A stretch of 24,990 nt of DNA from contig JAHIHE010000004.1 of NCBI GenBank assembly GCA_018899995.1, positions 1 through 24,990 on the forward strand, read 5' to 3'. The stretch comes from Patescibacteria group bacterium (GTDB taxonomy: Bacteria; Patescibacteriota; Minisyncoccia; JAHIHE01). The position numbers and the translations under genes are program-made. A model generated the notes under the pieces. The model did no database searches and had not been told where the DNA came from. It was given only the letters and a program-made list of their open reading frames with translations. This document shows positions 23,805 to 24,990 of the stretch, piece after piece. How positions within the stretch are numbered: position 1 is the first letter of the stretch; each line of letters opens with the position of its first letter.

Positions 23805-24026
23805 TTATTTAGGCTTATTTCGCGCCCAACAAATAGCATCTCGAATATCTTTTTTGGAAATCAATTTTCCAAGCTTAAGAAGATCGGGGCGTAAATTTTT
23901 TAATGAAGGTTCTTGAATTTTTTTAACGATAATAGTATCTTTTGATTCTCTAATAATCACTTTTTTCCCTATCCATTCTTTTGGTAAAACAATGCTTTGT
24001 CCAGTAAATTTAGTTTGATAATTCAT
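23805..24026 (-). CDS. Putative antitoxin (AbrB-like swapped-hairpin N-terminus)
   Basis: 73 aa immediately upstream of the PIN gene; IVLPKEWIGKKVII. Confidence 0.7.
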   Translation of the reverse strand: MNYQTKFTGQSIVLPKEWIGKKVIIRESKDTIIVKKIQEPSLKNLRPDLLKLGKLISKKDIRDAICWARNKPK

Positions 24027-24054
24027 AAATTTTTAATTATTTTCTTATAAATTT

Positions 24055-24082
24055 ATTATACTCTCTTAAAATCCAGTGTCAA
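24055..24082 (-). promoter_or_regulatory. Consensus promoter of the first TA pair
   Basis: Minus strand TTGACA (24082-24077), 16 bp, TATAAT (24060-24055). The -35 box overlaps the left edge of repeat copy 4. Confidence 0.75.
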
Positions 24083-24151
24083 TTTTCCAAGCTTATAAAC
24101 TCGTTGTAAGTTTAGAAAAGCCCCTGAATTAAAAAGATTCGGAGGCCTAAA
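24081..24151 (+). repeat. Structured two-hairpin repeat, copy 4
   Basis: AATTTTCCAAGCTTATAA...TTGTAAGTTTAGAAAA-GCCCCTGAAT/ATTCGGAGGC-CTAAA. Confidence 0.85.
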
Positions 24152-24253
24152 GTCCTCAATTCATTAGAAATAATGATAAGAGGCAAGCACATTTATAAAG
24201 GAAAGAGGGTTTTTCTCAAAAAAGAGAATCAGCCACGCCCTCTTTCCCCTCCT

Positions 24254-24413
24254 AATTTTTTCCAAGTTTGTCTTTAAATGTCATGCTGAATTTATTTCAG
24301 CATCTATAAAAGATTCTGAAACAAGTTCAGGATGACAACAAGAAAGGTAAATTTAGAAAAGCCCCCAAATAACTTATGAATTATAACAAATAACTCATAA
24401 CGAAATTGGAGGC
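24254..24413 (+). repeat. Structured two-hairpin repeat, copy 5 (both loops expanded)
   Basis: AATTTTTTCCAAGTTTGTCTTT...[59-bp REP]...AAAGGTAAATTTAGAAAA-GCCCCCAA...TTGGAGGC. Confidence 0.8.
24279..24337. repeat. CGTC-type REP pair inserted in repeat copy 5
   Basis: TGTCATGCTGAATTTATTTCAGCATCT...AGATTCTGAAACAAGTTCAGGATGACA. Confidence 0.8.
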
Positions 24414-24492
24414 GAGATCGCAAAAGGCTCCACACGGAGTATGGAGCCAACGGTAATATAATAAATGTTCTTTATAAAACAAATCACAAAAC

Positions 24493-24864
24493 TCAAATTG
24501 ATTTAACGGAGATCTCTTTAATTTTCTGAAAATGTTTTAAATTGCGAGTGGCTAGAACGCAATCAAGATAATAGCAGGTGGAAGCGATTAAAGCGTCAGC
24601 GATATTTGTCCGATATTTTTTATAGAAATCAGCCGCTTTTCCAGCGACCTGCGAAGTAATATTGATTGAAGGAAAAATAGACAGAAGCCGTTTTATTTCT
24701 ATACTTTCTTTTTTGGAAAACTTTCCGCACAGAACTTCATACTCAGTGATCACAGAAATAAAAGCGGAAAGCTTTCCTTTCTCAATTTCCTCTAAAAACA
24801 GCCCTGCTTTCGCATCGCCTCGCAAGTGATCAATTAAAATATTCGTATCAACAAGATAGCGCAT
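24493..24864 (-). CDS. VapC-like PIN-domain toxin
   Basis: MRYLVDTNILID, SVITEYEV, ADALIASTC, LATRNLKHF. Confidence 0.9.
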   Translation of the reverse strand: MRYLVDTNILIDHLRGDAKAGLFLEEIEKGKLSAFISVITEYEVLCGKFSKKESIEIKRLLSIFPSINITSQVAGKAADFYKKYRTNIADALIASTCYYLDCVLATRNLKHFQKIKEISVKSI

Positions 24865-24868
24865 AATA

Positions 24869-24990
24869 TTATTTTATTCTTTTAAATCTTTCTTTCCACC
24901 CTTTCCTCAATGAATTTTCAAAACTGATTCCTTTTAAAAATTTCTTGCCTAAAATTCCGCTAGTTTCTCCGATAATTGAAATATCTTCAG
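24869..24990 (-). CDS. Putative antitoxin, 3' part only (5' end outside window)
   Basis: Open frame ...GILGKKFLKGISFENSLRKGWKERFKRIK-stop ending 4 bp before the PIN start. Confidence 0.6.
   Translation of the reverse strand, partial: EDISIIGETSGILGKKFLKGISFENSLRKGWKERFKRIK

Noticed and set aside
20389-24413. CRISPR array interpretation of the five repeats
   Set aside because: Copies are not near-identical, spacing ranges from ~170 bp to ~2.2 kb and contains whole genes, and no cas genes are present.
20389-24413. Canonical integron attC sites
   Set aside because: No RYYYAAC/GTTRRRY cores, no obvious extrahelical-base offset, and no intI in the window. Kept only as an analogy.
45-24864. Numerous antisense or alternate-frame ORFs in the track (e.g. 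2492-2881, 6460-6930, 11921-12352, 15412-15834, 19400-19777)
   Set aside because: They lie wholly within well-supported genes on the other strand or frame and show no motifs.

Overview
AT-rich bacterial window whose gene set suggests Patescibacteria/CPR (Parcubacteria-like; inference from TrpR-like YerC, DUF5667-like, GerMN and Elp3 genes). It uses the standard code, with TGA as a stop. Left to right: an rve/DDE insertion sequence; a small ArsR-type regulator; a frameshifted GerMN gene; serS; MscS; a Na+/Ca2+ antiporter; an EndoQ-like PHP nuclease; an interrupted tRNA 5' fragment; and tRNA-Arg(CCG). The tRNA's 3' end carries a ~3.6-kb island with a large serine recombinase and a lone purD flanked by a perfect 88-bp inverted repeat. 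Next come hypothetical genes, a Nudix fusion, and a YerC / deaminase / radical SAM / GHKL ATPase block delimited by three identical 28-bp palindromes. These are followed by elp3 (with several in-frame palindromic mini-insertions) and a SAM methyltransferase. The most unusual part is 20.3-25 kb. Five copies of a ~70-nt two-hairpin element separate unknown ORFs and two PIN toxin-antitoxin pairs; the stems covary between copies, G-U pairs occur on the + strand, and GAAA tetraloops lie nearby. This looks like an undescribed structured-RNA repeat or a non-canonical cassette array. All calls come from reading the sequence and recalling family motifs; no database searches or folding programs were run.
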